Shown here one piece after another: positions 16,081 through 24,119 of a stretch of DNA of 24,119 nt. This stretch comes from Crocinitomicaceae bacterium (GTDB lineage Bacteria; Bacteroidota; Bacteroidia; Flavobacteriales_D; Crocinitomicaceae). The stretch is from positions 1 through 24,119 of the forward strand of contig DAIPZI010000001.1 in assembly GCA_036782275.1 (NCBI GenBank). Direction: 5' to 3'. The notes beneath the pieces are model-generated. The model was not told the DNA's origin, searched no databases, and saw only the letters and a program-made list of their open reading frames with translations. Position numbers and translations under genes: made by a program. Position 1 is the stretch's first letter. Each line of letters opens with the position of its first letter.

Positions 16081-18438
16081 TTATTTTTTCACAAACTGCT
16101 TCATAATGGTAGAACCATCATTTGAAACTTTTACTTGATAAATGCCATTGGCATATGCACCTAAATCAATTTGGATTTCGAGATTGGTATCAAGGATGTA
16201 AGAATCAATTGTTTTCCCTGTGATATCGATGATTTCAATAGCCGCATTCTTCGTGTTTAGCTTTGATAGATCTATCGTGATTTGATCTTCAGCTGGATTA
16301 GGATAAATTGCAACTTGATTGCTTATCATTTCATTTAGGTTTAAGGTCCCTGTGTTTTCAACAGTTACACTTTCCTCCCCTCCAAAGTCAGCAGCACTGA
16401 TGGTGAAGATTGTTGAGCCTGAATTGTTTTTTAATTGTAAGTTTCCATCCGAACCACCCCATTGTGATGCCCCAAGACCATCACCGTAATAATCGTAAAT
16501 GGCAAAGGTGTAACAATCAATTTGAGATAAGCTAACATCCCAGTCGTATTGCGTTGTGTTGGATAAAGGACTTGTTGGGTCAGCATCTGGATTTTCTTGT
16601 CCGGTGCCAAAATTGCCTGCTACATTCTCGTTTCCTTCGGACCATACTACCGTGCCACTGCTGTTTGTGACCTCTAGATATGTTTCGGAAGCATAATTGT
16701 CCGTTAATAAAGAAACTTTGAGTACAGCATTTGTTGAAAGCTCACAAGGCGTTTCTTCAACAATGATATAATTGGTTTTATTTTCTGTGTCAGAACCAAT
16801 TGAATTTGAAGCTGTGAGTTGAACAGTGTATTGACCTACCGTATTAAATGTTACCTGAGGATTTTGAGAACTCGAATTGGTACTTGCAGCATAAGACCAT
16901 CCTGATCCCGGAGTAATACTCCAAGACCATGTGTCTGGGACACCAGAGGTCATGTCAGAAAAGCTTACCGTAGTGCCCGGGGAAACATTTGTAGCATTAG
17001 CAGAGAAATCTGTAGTAGGTGCTGAAGGAGCAGAGCAAGGATCCGACGAACCATTGAGTGTCATCGCATTTGAATTAATGGGATCAAGCCATGGTTTAAG
17101 TTTTTCATTATTTGGAGACCCATTTGATGTCCAGTGATATGACATTTTTCCGTATAAATCAGGGGATGTTTGAGAAGTGCAATACGAACTACCTCCGGTT
17201 AGAGTTCCTATAATAAGACCACTATTGTTGAAAAGAGGTGATCCAGATGAACCGCCTTCGGTAACACCATGACCATTTGCATTTGATGACCAAGAAAGTT
17301 GCCAGTGAGAACCTGAAGCAGATCCCCAAGATGTACTATTTGTTGAGCCATTAAAAGTGGATATTTTTTTTATATCGCCAGCTGGATGATGAATACTTGC
17401 GCCCCCGTTCGAGGCTGAATTGTTTGCATTCCATCCGTTCCAGTAAGCGCTAAAGCTTGCTGATTTGAGGGTGTTAATTGTTGAAGTCTCATTACTTGCA
17501 GCACCCATTTGAACCAGTAAAAAGTCTGAACCAGAGTTTCCACCACCGTCATTTGAGTCGGCAATTCGGAAACAACCAGTAATGTAATGGTCGTCTAATG
17601 TTCCTGCCGAACTTGGGTTGTTGCAGTTTGGAGATTCATATCTGAAATAAAAACGCCATTGATTCATATTTGCAGTTGAGGATGTTACTCCACAATGAAG
17701 TGCGGTAAGAAAATAAGGCTTACAGTTTTGGGCCGTGTTATTTACTAAAGAACCGGTGCACCAGCCTGCTTGATTTCCTTCTACACAGTAAACACGTGCG
17801 ACTCCGTCTTTTTCGTCTTGCCAAGAATCTCCGACAGGTGAGCAATTTACATTGACCTCACATGGATCAGATTCGTTTATTTTTTGAGCATTTGGATTTC
17901 CTGTAGAACGATAATTGTAGATGACTCTGTCAATAAATATTTCAGAAGATTGTGTATTGGATGGTTCTTGAATTTCAATAATCATGTCATCACCAAAACA
18001 TAAAGCAGCATTTTGCATGTGGTGGTCTATTACGTCAGCACTTGTCATAGGCTTGTGGACGAGCTTTCCATTGAGATCTCTAATGGTTAAAACGGTCTCC
18101 CCATAAAGAACAAATTTTGAGAATAAAAAACTTAATGCCTCTGCACCTTGAGAAGAAACACGTAATTTCCAGTTTCTAGCACCATCATTACTTATATTCC
18201 ATTCGCCAAAGTCGGCGGTATTAATGTTGGATTGCAAACAAACACCTATTCTGTACAATTCTCCATTTTTTTCTCGCTCGATATCTTGTGCATGAATTAA
18301 GCTGAGGTTAGGAGACTCTAATTCCATCGTTGGAATTTCTTTCAGATTTTTGATTTGTTGAACTTCTAATGTTTTTCCTTGTGAAAACCCAACGAACACG
18401 AATTGGACACAAAAAAAGAGGGTAATAAGATTTCTCAT
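16081..18438 (-). CDS. T9SS-secreted trypsin-fold serine protease (lysyl-endopeptidase-like, family S1) with PKD domain and type A CTD
   Basis: 785 aa with a signal peptide. Catalytic triad motifs are YFLTALHC (His), SDFLLVQ (Asp) and TEGGSSGSPLF (Ser). It has a PKD repeat (FSANATNV...WSWS...NPQVTFNTVGQYTVQLTASN) and a CTD (IYPNPAEDQITIDL...GIYQVKV...KQFVKK). Substrate specificity cannot be read from the sequence. Confidence 0.9.
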   Translation of the reverse strand: MRNLITLFFCVQFVFVGFSQGKTLEVQQIKNLKEIPTMELESPNLSLIHAQDIEREKNGELYRIGVCLQSNINTADFGEWNISNDGARNWKLRVSSQGAEALSFLFSKFVLYGETVLTIRDLNGKLVHKPMTSADVIDHHMQNAALCFGDDMIIEIQEPSNTQSSEIFIDRVIYNYRSTGNPNAQKINESDPCEVNVNCSPVGDSWQDEKDGVARVYCVEGNQAGWCTGSLVNNTAQNCKPYFLTALHCGVTSSTANMNQWRFYFRYESPNCNNPSSAGTLDDHYITGCFRIADSNDGGGNSGSDFLLVQMGAASNETSTINTLKSASFSAYWNGWNANNSASNGGASIHHPAGDIKKISTFNGSTNSTSWGSASGSHWQLSWSSNANGHGVTEGGSSGSPLFNNSGLIIGTLTGGSSYCTSQTSPDLYGKMSYHWTSNGSPNNEKLKPWLDPINSNAMTLNGSSDPCSAPSAPTTDFSANATNVSPGTTVSFSDMTSGVPDTWSWSITPGSGWSYAASTNSSSQNPQVTFNTVGQYTVQLTASNSIGSDTENKTNYIIVEETPCELSTNAVLKVSLLTDNYASETYLEVTNSSGTVVWSEGNENVAGNFGTGQENPDADPTSPLSNTTQYDWDVSLSQIDCYTFAIYDYYGDGLGASQWGGSDGNLQLKNNSGSTIFTISAADFGGEESVTVENTGTLNLNEMISNQVAIYPNPAEDQITIDLSKLNTKNAAIEIIDITGKTIDSYILDTNLEIQIDLGAYANGIYQVKVSNDGSTIMKQFVKK

Positions 18439-18469
18439 AGAATTGTTTTTTTAAATTTTAGATGCCGAT

Positions 18470-18501
18470 TTTGGTTAAACCTATAATACGACCTAGATTT
18501 G
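18470..18501 (+). promoter_or_regulatory. Canonical Bacteroidota promoter for the regulator-TBDR-HMA operon
   Basis: TTTG (18470-18473), N20, TAGATTTG (18494-18501) is a perfect TTTG-N19-21-TAnnTTTG match. Confidence 0.75.
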
Positions 18502-18514
18502 TTAATTTTATACA

Positions 18515-18522
18515 CAAATATA
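18515..18522 (-). promoter_or_regulatory. -7 box for the protease gene
   Basis: Minus strand TATATTTG matches TAnnTTTG, about 76 nt upstream of the protease ATG. The -33 candidate is imperfect (TTTC at 19 nt). Confidence 0.5.
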
Positions 18523-18545
18523 AGGCTTGTAATTCACAAACGAAA

Positions 18546-19238
18546 ATGAAGAATATTTGTTTAATCGAAGATGAGGAAAACATTGTTGAACTCGTTAAGT
18601 TAAATCTTGAAATAGAGGGGTTTAAGGTGAAGTCATTTCAAAATGGAATGAGAGCGAAAGAGGCGATTTTTGAAATTATACAGTTTGACTTAATTATTCT
18701 TGATGTTATGTTGCCTGAGTATAGTGGCTTTGACCTTTGTAAGGATATTCGCGAATTGAGTGACGTACCTGTTCTCTTTTTGTCCGCTAAAGGAATAGCT
18801 ACTGATCGGATTCACGGGCTTAAGTTGGGGGCAAATGATTATTTGGCCAAACCTTTTGATTTGGAAGAGTTGATTTTGAGAATTCACAATTTGGTTTCAA
18901 GTAAAATAGATGTGAAGATCAATAGTCTGCAAATCGGCGAAGTGAAGGTGAATTTCTCTTCCTATGAAGCTAAAGATTCTCAGTCGAATACTATTCATGT
19001 TTTTTCGAAAAGAGAAATAGAATTGCTAGAGCTTTTTAATGAATATGAGGGGAAAGTCATATCGAGAGACTTGATTTTGGATAAGCTTTGGGGAAAAGAC
19101 AATTTCCCAACATCCCGGACAATCGACAATTATATCCTTACTTTTAGGAAAATTTTTGAATTAAATGCCAGGGATCCAGAATTCTTTCATTCAGTGAGAG
19201 GCGTTGGATACAGGTTTACTTTGCATTCACCAAAATAA
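18546..19238 (+). CDS. OmpR/PhoB-family response regulator
   Basis: Receiver motifs are LIEDEE, IILDVMLP (phospho-Asp), FLSAK and DYLAKPF. The winged-helix domain has SRDLILDKLWG...RTIDNYI...HSVRGVGYRF. The start is set at the ATG at 18546 because the longer ORF would start upstream of its own promoter. Confidence 0.93.
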   Translation: MKNICLIEDEENIVELVKLNLEIEGFKVKSFQNGMRAKEAIFEIIQFDLIILDVMLPEYSGFDLCKDIRELSDVPVLFLSAKGIATDRIHGLKLGANDYLAKPFDLEELILRIHNLVSSKIDVKINSLQIGEVKVNFSSYEAKDSQSNTIHVFSKREIELLELFNEYEGKVISRDLILDKLWGKDNFPTSRTIDNYILTFRKIFELNARDPEFFHSVRGVGYRFTLHSPK

Positions 19239-19239
19239 A

Positions 19240-21417
19240 ATGAAAATCTTAATTAGTCTATTGTTTTTACTAGGATTCGGAACCATTTGGTCTCAGGTCA
19301 ACGGTTTGATTCAGGGAAACAATGGAAAAAAGATGGAACCCTTATATGGTGCAAAGGTTAAACTTTTGTTGGCTAAGAAGGGTGTCGTTACTGGCGAGGA
19401 AGGATTATTTGAAATGGTTTTACCTAAAGATCTACCCGATACTATGGTGATTTCAGCAAGAGGCTATATTTCGGATACGGTTGTTCTTTTTAAAAAAGAC
19501 AGATTTTTAGCATTAAACATCGTTCTGTATTCTGAGTTACTACTTCCAGAGGTTATTGTTGAATACAAAAGAAAGTCTTTCTCAATTTCCAGATTGAAAG
19601 TTTTGCATGTGGAGGAACTAACGTCGAATGAATTGAAAAAAGCCGCTTGTTGTAATCTTGGAGAATCCTTTGAAACAAATGCATCGGTCGATGTGAATAT
19701 GACAGATGCGGTATCAGGTGCCAAAAAAATTCAAATGATGGGTTTAGAAGGGATTTACACACAAATCCAATTTGAGAATATTCCATATTTGCGTGGACTA
19801 GAAAGCTCTTTTGGTCTTGAAACTATTCCAGGCTCTTGGATTGAATCCATTCAAATCACAAAAGGTGCGGGAAATGTGGTGAATGGGAATGAGAGTATGG
19901 CGGGCTTGATTAATCTAGAATTGGAAAAGCCAGAGACCATGGATCGTTTCTTTTTAAATATGTATCAAAATAGATTTGGGAGGAGTGAGCTGAATTTTAG
20001 AACGGGTTTTGAGATGTCCGAAAAATGGGCGGGTGGAATCTTTGGATATGTGAGTTCTCAGTGGGGGGAAATAGATGAAAACGGAGACAGCTTTATGGAT
20101 GTTCCATTGGGATCAAATGTATCAGCTTTGGGCCGGTTTGATTATGAAGGGGAAAAAATGGAAGCGAAATTGGGCTTTAATATCCATGAAGATGTGAAAA
20201 ATGGGGGGCAGATAGGTTCTATCGTTAATCCTTATGGGGTTCAAATAAATAACACCCATTTTGATGTTTTCACAAAAACTGGTTTTTTTGGCAAAACGCC
20301 TGCACAATCTCTAGGAATTATCACTAATTGGAAGTATCAATTGATTGATGGAAATTTTGGCGTTAGATATTTTACTGGAGAAGAAAAGAGGGGTTATCTC
20401 AATATCATTTACGACGATTTTATTAAATCATCTGATCATAAGATTAAAACGGGGTTAAGTTATACGTATATCGATATATCGCAATCAACTTCAGATACAT
20501 TGTCCAGCAATCGAGTAGAGAATATCCCTGGAGCCTTTTTTGAATATACTTACACAGGACCTAGATTAATTACGGTTGTGGGTGCAAGATACGATTATCA
20601 CCTTTTGTATGGCCAGCAGTTTATTCCTAGATTACATTTGAAATATAAGCTTTCTGAGTATACTGATTTCCGTTTGACCACGGGGAAAGGGTGGCGAGTC
20701 CCAAATTATATCATGGACAACATCTCCTTACTTGCCAATTCATTTGCATGGATTGCTCCAAGTGAAATTACACCAGAAATTTCATGGAATGTTGGTGGGT
20801 CAATCTATCAGGAGTTTAACATGGAAAACAGCCCTGCAAGCTTAACTGTCGACTTTTATAGAACCTGGTTTGAAAACCAGCTTGTTGTGGACAGAGAAAA
20901 CGATCAGATTCGATTTATAAACTTAGAAGATCAATCTGTTTCCAATAGTTTTCAGGCAGAAGTTTCTATTGAGCCGCTGAAAAGGTTTGTATTGAGAGGA
21001 GCATATAAGTATTTGGATGTTCGCTCATTATTTGGAGATAGCCTCCAGGCCAAAGTAATGATCCCAAAACATCGTGGCTTTTTGAATATCGCCTACACCA
21101 CAAGAAATAAGCGTTGGGATTATGATATTACAGTTTCAGTTTTAGGAAGAGCAAGACTTGCATCCTCTTCTCAATCAAGTCGCGAATACAGTGATGTATT
21201 CCCAAGATTAAATGCTCAAATTACTTATAAGCTTAAAAAATGGGATTTCTATGTAGGTGGAGAAAATCTAACAAATTACAGACAAGAGAACCCCATCATT
21301 GAACCCGAAAACCCTTTTGGCCCTAATTTTGATGCTACAAGAGCATGGGGTCCCATTATTGGGTACAACATTTATGTCGGATTGCGATATTCGATTAAAA
21401 AAGAAAATGAAAAATAA
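19240..21417 (+). CDS. TonB-dependent receptor with Cys-Cys plug motif (putative heavy-metal-associated)
   Basis: Signal peptide MKILISLLFLLGFGTIWSQ and an N-terminal carboxypeptidase-regulatory-like extension. The plug is KAACCNLGESFETNASVDV...IQMMGLEG...IESIQITKG, and the barrel ends in GGENLTN...YVGLRYSI. The start is set at the ATG at 19240, 1 nt after the regulator stop. Confidence 0.88.
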   Translation: MKILISLLFLLGFGTIWSQVNGLIQGNNGKKMEPLYGAKVKLLLAKKGVVTGEEGLFEMVLPKDLPDTMVISARGYISDTVVLFKKDRFLALNIVLYSELLLPEVIVEYKRKSFSISRLKVLHVEELTSNELKKAACCNLGESFETNASVDVNMTDAVSGAKKIQMMGLEGIYTQIQFENIPYLRGLESSFGLETIPGSWIESIQITKGAGNVVNGNESMAGLINLELEKPETMDRFFLNMYQNRFGRSELNFRTGFEMSEKWAGGIFGYVSSQWGEIDENGDSFMDVPLGSNVSALGRFDYEGEKMEAKLGFNIHEDVKNGGQIGSIVNPYGVQINNTHFDVFTKTGFFGKTPAQSLGIITNWKYQLIDGNFGVRYFTGEEKRGYLNIIYDDFIKSSDHKIKTGLSYTYIDISQSTSDTLSSNRVENIPGAFFEYTYTGPRLITVVGARYDYHLLYGQQFIPRLHLKYKLSEYTDFRLTTGKGWRVPNYIMDNISLLANSFAWIAPSEITPEISWNVGGSIYQEFNMENSPASLTVDFYRTWFENQLVVDRENDQIRFINLEDQSVSNSFQAEVSIEPLKRFVLRGAYKYLDVRSLFGDSLQAKVMIPKHRGFLNIAYTTRNKRWDYDITVSVLGRARLASSSQSSREYSDVFPRLNAQITYKLKKWDFYVGGENLTNYRQENPIIEPENPFGPNFDATRAWGPIIGYNIYVGLRYSIKKENEK

Positions 21418-21433
21418 CTTTTAACTTTATATC

Positions 21434-21778
21434 ATGACTAAAAAATATATAAACGGTTTTATTATTGTGTTCTTCTTGCTTTTTACGGGAGCAATCAATG
21501 CCCAAAAATCTCAAACAGTAGTTTTTAATACCTCTGCACAGTGCGGAATGTGCAAGGACAAGATCGAAGAAGTGATGAACTTTGTCCCGGGTGTTCAATA
21601 CGCTGAACTAAATCTTGAGGATATGTCTTTGAAGATTAAGTACAAAACAAAAAAAATTACAGCCGATAAGCTCAGAAAGCATGTTGCAGCTATTGGGTAT
21701 ACGGCAGATGATGTTGAGCCGAAAGAAGAGGATGTAAAGAAATTACCTCTTTGTTGTCAGCCTGGAGCACATCTGTAA
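21434..21778 (+). CDS. Periplasmic heavy-metal-associated (HMA, MerP/CopZ-like) protein
   Basis: 114 aa with a signal peptide ending in INA. It has a CxxC motif (SAQCGMCKDKIE), an HMA fold pattern (...VAAIGY) and a C-terminal LPLCCQ. Confidence 0.85.
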   Translation: MTKKYINGFIIVFFLLFTGAINAQKSQTVVFNTSAQCGMCKDKIEEVMNFVPGVQYAELNLEDMSLKIKYKTKKITADKLRKHVAAIGYTADDVEPKEEDVKKLPLCCQPGAHL

Positions 21779-21807
21779 ATTTTTCATTGTCTTTCTTATG
21801 AAATGGT

Positions 21808-21815
21808 TATCTTCG
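21808..21815 (+). promoter_or_regulatory. Probable -7 box for purF
   Basis: TATCTTCG is one mismatch from TAnnTTTG, 22 nt upstream of the ATG. TTG lies at 21787-21789. Confidence 0.45.
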
Positions 21816-21837
21816 CCACGACCATTTAAATCGACTG

Positions 21838-23739
21838 ATGAGTGATCCAATTAAACATGAATGTGGTATAGCCCTTTTGAGGTTAAAGAAACCCCTAGAG
21901 TACTTCGTAGAAAAATATGGAACTGCATTCTATGGAGTGAATAAGCTTCATTTACTCATGGAGAAACAACACAATCGAGGACAAGATGGTGCCGGTGTAG
22001 CTAATATAAAATTAGACATGAATCCGGGCGAAAGATATATTTCGCGCATTCGTTCTATCAACAAAGCTCCCATTCAGGATATTTTCAAACAGATCAATTC
22101 TAGATTCGAGGATATTTATGAAAAACATCCTGAAAAAATAAATGATATAGATTACCTCAAAAAATCGGCAGGGTTTACGGGAGAGCTTTTTCTTGGACAT
22201 CTTAGATACGGTACTTTTGGAAAGAATTCGAAAGAAAGCTGCCATCCATTTTTGCGTCAAAACAATTGGATTACAAGAAACCTAGTTGTTGCAGGTAATT
22301 TTAACCTTACCAATGTCGATGAGCTTTTTGAAGTACTTTTAAAGGTCGGTCAGCACCCAAAAGAAAAATCAGATACGGTTACCGTGTTGGAAAAAATAGG
22401 ACATTTTCTAGATGTTGAAAATGATGAATTGTATCACCGCTTCAAAAAAGAGTACGACTCGAATTTAGAAGTGTATGGACAAATTTCAGAGCATATAGAA
22501 ATTCAAAAAATACTTAAAAAGGCCAGTGAGGATTGGGATGGTGGATATACCATGGCAGGCCTGCTTGGTCATGGAGATGCTTTTGTGTTGAGAGATCCAG
22601 CCGGAGTTCGTCCAGCTTTTTGGTACGAAGACGATGAGGTTTGTGTTGTGGCTTCCGAACGGCCTGCAATTCAAACGGCATTTAACCTGCAGGTTGAGGA
22701 CATCAAAGAGTTAAATCCAGGTCATGCTTTAATTGTGAAGAAAAACGGATTGGTTAAGGAACATCTCATCAATGAGCCAACAGTTGTAAGTAAATGTTCG
22801 TTCGAAAGAATTTATTTTTCCAGAGGTTCAGACAAAGACATTTATACGGAACGAAAGGAATTGGGACGATTGATTGTAGAGCCTGTTTTGGATACGATAG
22901 ACCATGATCTTGACAATTCTGTTTTTTCCTTTATACCAAACACAGCAGAAATTTCTTTCTATGGAATGGTTAAAGGTCTTGAGTCTCATTTGAATGAGAA
23001 GAAAATTGTTCAGCTTCAGGAATTAGGGCTAGGTGCAAGTAAAGAAGATTTAGAAAAAATCATCAACCAAAGAGCCCGAATAGAAAAAATTGCCATCAAG
23101 GATGCTAAACTTAGAACTTTCATCACTCAGGATGATTCCAGAAACGATCTGGTTTCTCATGTTTACGACATTACTTATGGAGGAATTCGTGCAAATCAGG
23201 ATAACCTGGTGGTTATCGACGATAGTATTGTGCGAGGTACAACTCTTCGACAAAGTATATTCAAAATATTGGATCGTTTGAGTCCGAAAAAAATTGTTGT
23301 CGTTTCTTCGGCGCCTCAGATTCGATACCCGGATTGCTATGGTATTGATATGGCCAAACTTGGAGATTTTATCGCTTTTAATGCCGCGATCTCTTTGTTG
23401 AGAGAACAGGGAAAAGAATCTCTTATCGATGAGGTCTATCAGCTGTGTTTGTCTCAGCTAGATAAGCCCAAGGAAGAGGTTATTAATTACGTCAAGAAAA
23501 TATATGATCCTTTTACTCCGCAAGAAATTTCAAAGCGAATTGCAGAGTTGTTGACGCCTGAAGGCATGAAAGCTCCTGTTGATATCGTTTATCAATCCAT
23601 TGAGAATTTGCATTTGGCCTGTCCGAATAATAAGGGGGATTGGTATTTCACAGGAAATTATCCAACACCTGGTGGGAATAAGGTCGTGAACAAGGCTTTT
23701 ATCAACTGGAAGGAAGACCGAAACGAAAGGGCTTATTAG
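21838..23739 (+). CDS. purF: Amidophosphoribosyltransferase
   Basis: 633 aa. It has a short propeptide with the Ntn cysteine (KHE/CG), QHNRGQDGAG, GHLRYGTFG, CSFERIYFSRG, the PRPP motif VVIDDSIVRGTT and SAPQIRYPDCYGIDM. Confidence 0.95.
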   Translation: MSDPIKHECGIALLRLKKPLEYFVEKYGTAFYGVNKLHLLMEKQHNRGQDGAGVANIKLDMNPGERYISRIRSINKAPIQDIFKQINSRFEDIYEKHPEKINDIDYLKKSAGFTGELFLGHLRYGTFGKNSKESCHPFLRQNNWITRNLVVAGNFNLTNVDELFEVLLKVGQHPKEKSDTVTVLEKIGHFLDVENDELYHRFKKEYDSNLEVYGQISEHIEIQKILKKASEDWDGGYTMAGLLGHGDAFVLRDPAGVRPAFWYEDDEVCVVASERPAIQTAFNLQVEDIKELNPGHALIVKKNGLVKEHLINEPTVVSKCSFERIYFSRGSDKDIYTERKELGRLIVEPVLDTIDHDLDNSVFSFIPNTAEISFYGMVKGLESHLNEKKIVQLQELGLGASKEDLEKIINQRARIEKIAIKDAKLRTFITQDDSRNDLVSHVYDITYGGIRANQDNLVVIDDSIVRGTTLRQSIFKILDRLSPKKIVVVSSAPQIRYPDCYGIDMAKLGDFIAFNAAISLLREQGKESLIDEVYQLCLSQLDKPKEEVINYVKKIYDPFTPQEISKRIAELLTPEGMKAPVDIVYQSIENLHLACPNNKGDWYFTGNYPTPGGNKVVNKAFINWKEDRNERAY

Positions 23740-23750
23740 TCAGAGTTGAT

Positions 23751-24119
23751 TTAATCACATTTGATTTTCTTACCTTTTTCGTCCCAGCATATTTTACTGA
23801 CAAGATTTCCGTCTTTGAAATTTCCTTCAATCTTTAACTGTCCATTTTCATACCATGTTTTTTTAACACCATTTAAGGTGCCATTTTTCCAATGAGATTC
23901 TTCTATGAGCTGGCCATTGTTTAAGGTATCAAATACAATTCCATTTACTCCCTCGTGATCAGCCTTCAAGGCTCGATAGGCTACTGGACAAGTTACCCAT
24001 TCATATATGTCATTATATGAGTCATAAATATGTTCCTGGTATTCTTCCGGCTCGAAATAGCGGGTCTCATCAACATGATACCTGTTCTGACCGATGGAGT
24101 GAAGGGAAAGTCCCAGCAT
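23751..24119 (-). CDS. MORN-variant / YwqK-like repeat protein, probably 5'-truncated
   Basis: Repeats NGQLIEESHWKNGTLNGVKKTWY and ENGQLKIEGNFKDG. The N-terminus looks like the tail of a signal peptide, and the ORF begins at the last base of the window. Confidence 0.7.
   Translation of the reverse strand: MLGLSLHSIGQNRYHVDETRYFEPEEYQEHIYDSYNDIYEWVTCPVAYRALKADHEGVNGIVFDTLNNGQLIEESHWKNGTLNGVKKTWYENGQLKIEGNFKDGNLVSKICWDEKGKKIKCD

Noticed and set aside
18462..18545. 28-aa N-terminal extension of the response regulator
   Set aside because: It starts upstream of the gene's own promoter. The receiver domain begins at MKNICLIED (18546).
19204..19239. 12-aa N-terminal extension of the TonB-dependent receptor
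   Set aside because: It overlaps the regulator's coding end. The signal peptide begins at the ATG at 19240.
16931..23281. Remaining short overlapping ORFs in the protease, regulator, TBDR, HMA and purF genes
   Set aside because: They are shadow ORFs overlapping confident genes and have no domain evidence.

Overview
AT-rich chromosomal window from a Bacteroidota genome, probably Flavobacteriales; the lineage is inferred from the maeB-ruvA-sprA synteny, TAnnTTTG promoters and T9SS cargo. About 17.7 kb of minus-strand genes (T9SS-secreted serine protease, small CTD-like protein, sucA, sucB, maeB, ruvA, sprA, GNAT acetyltransferase) face away from a plus-strand block (OmpR-type regulator, Cys-pair TonB-dependent receptor, HMA protein, purF). 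A truncated MORN-like gene lies at the right edge. Most of this is conserved housekeeping or T9SS biology. The most unusual part is the ORF-free left end (1-680). It holds two tandem paralogues, about 471 nt apart, of what looks like a ~180-nt structured non-coding RNA on the minus strand. The complete copy has a long closing stem, two internal hairpins, a 36-nt unpaired loop identical in both copies and a GAAA-tetraloop terminator. Both copies share an identically spaced upstream palindrome and promoter-like module. The left copy is cut by the window edge, so the array may continue. No database searches or folding programs were run; all calls come from reading the sequence and the ORF track.
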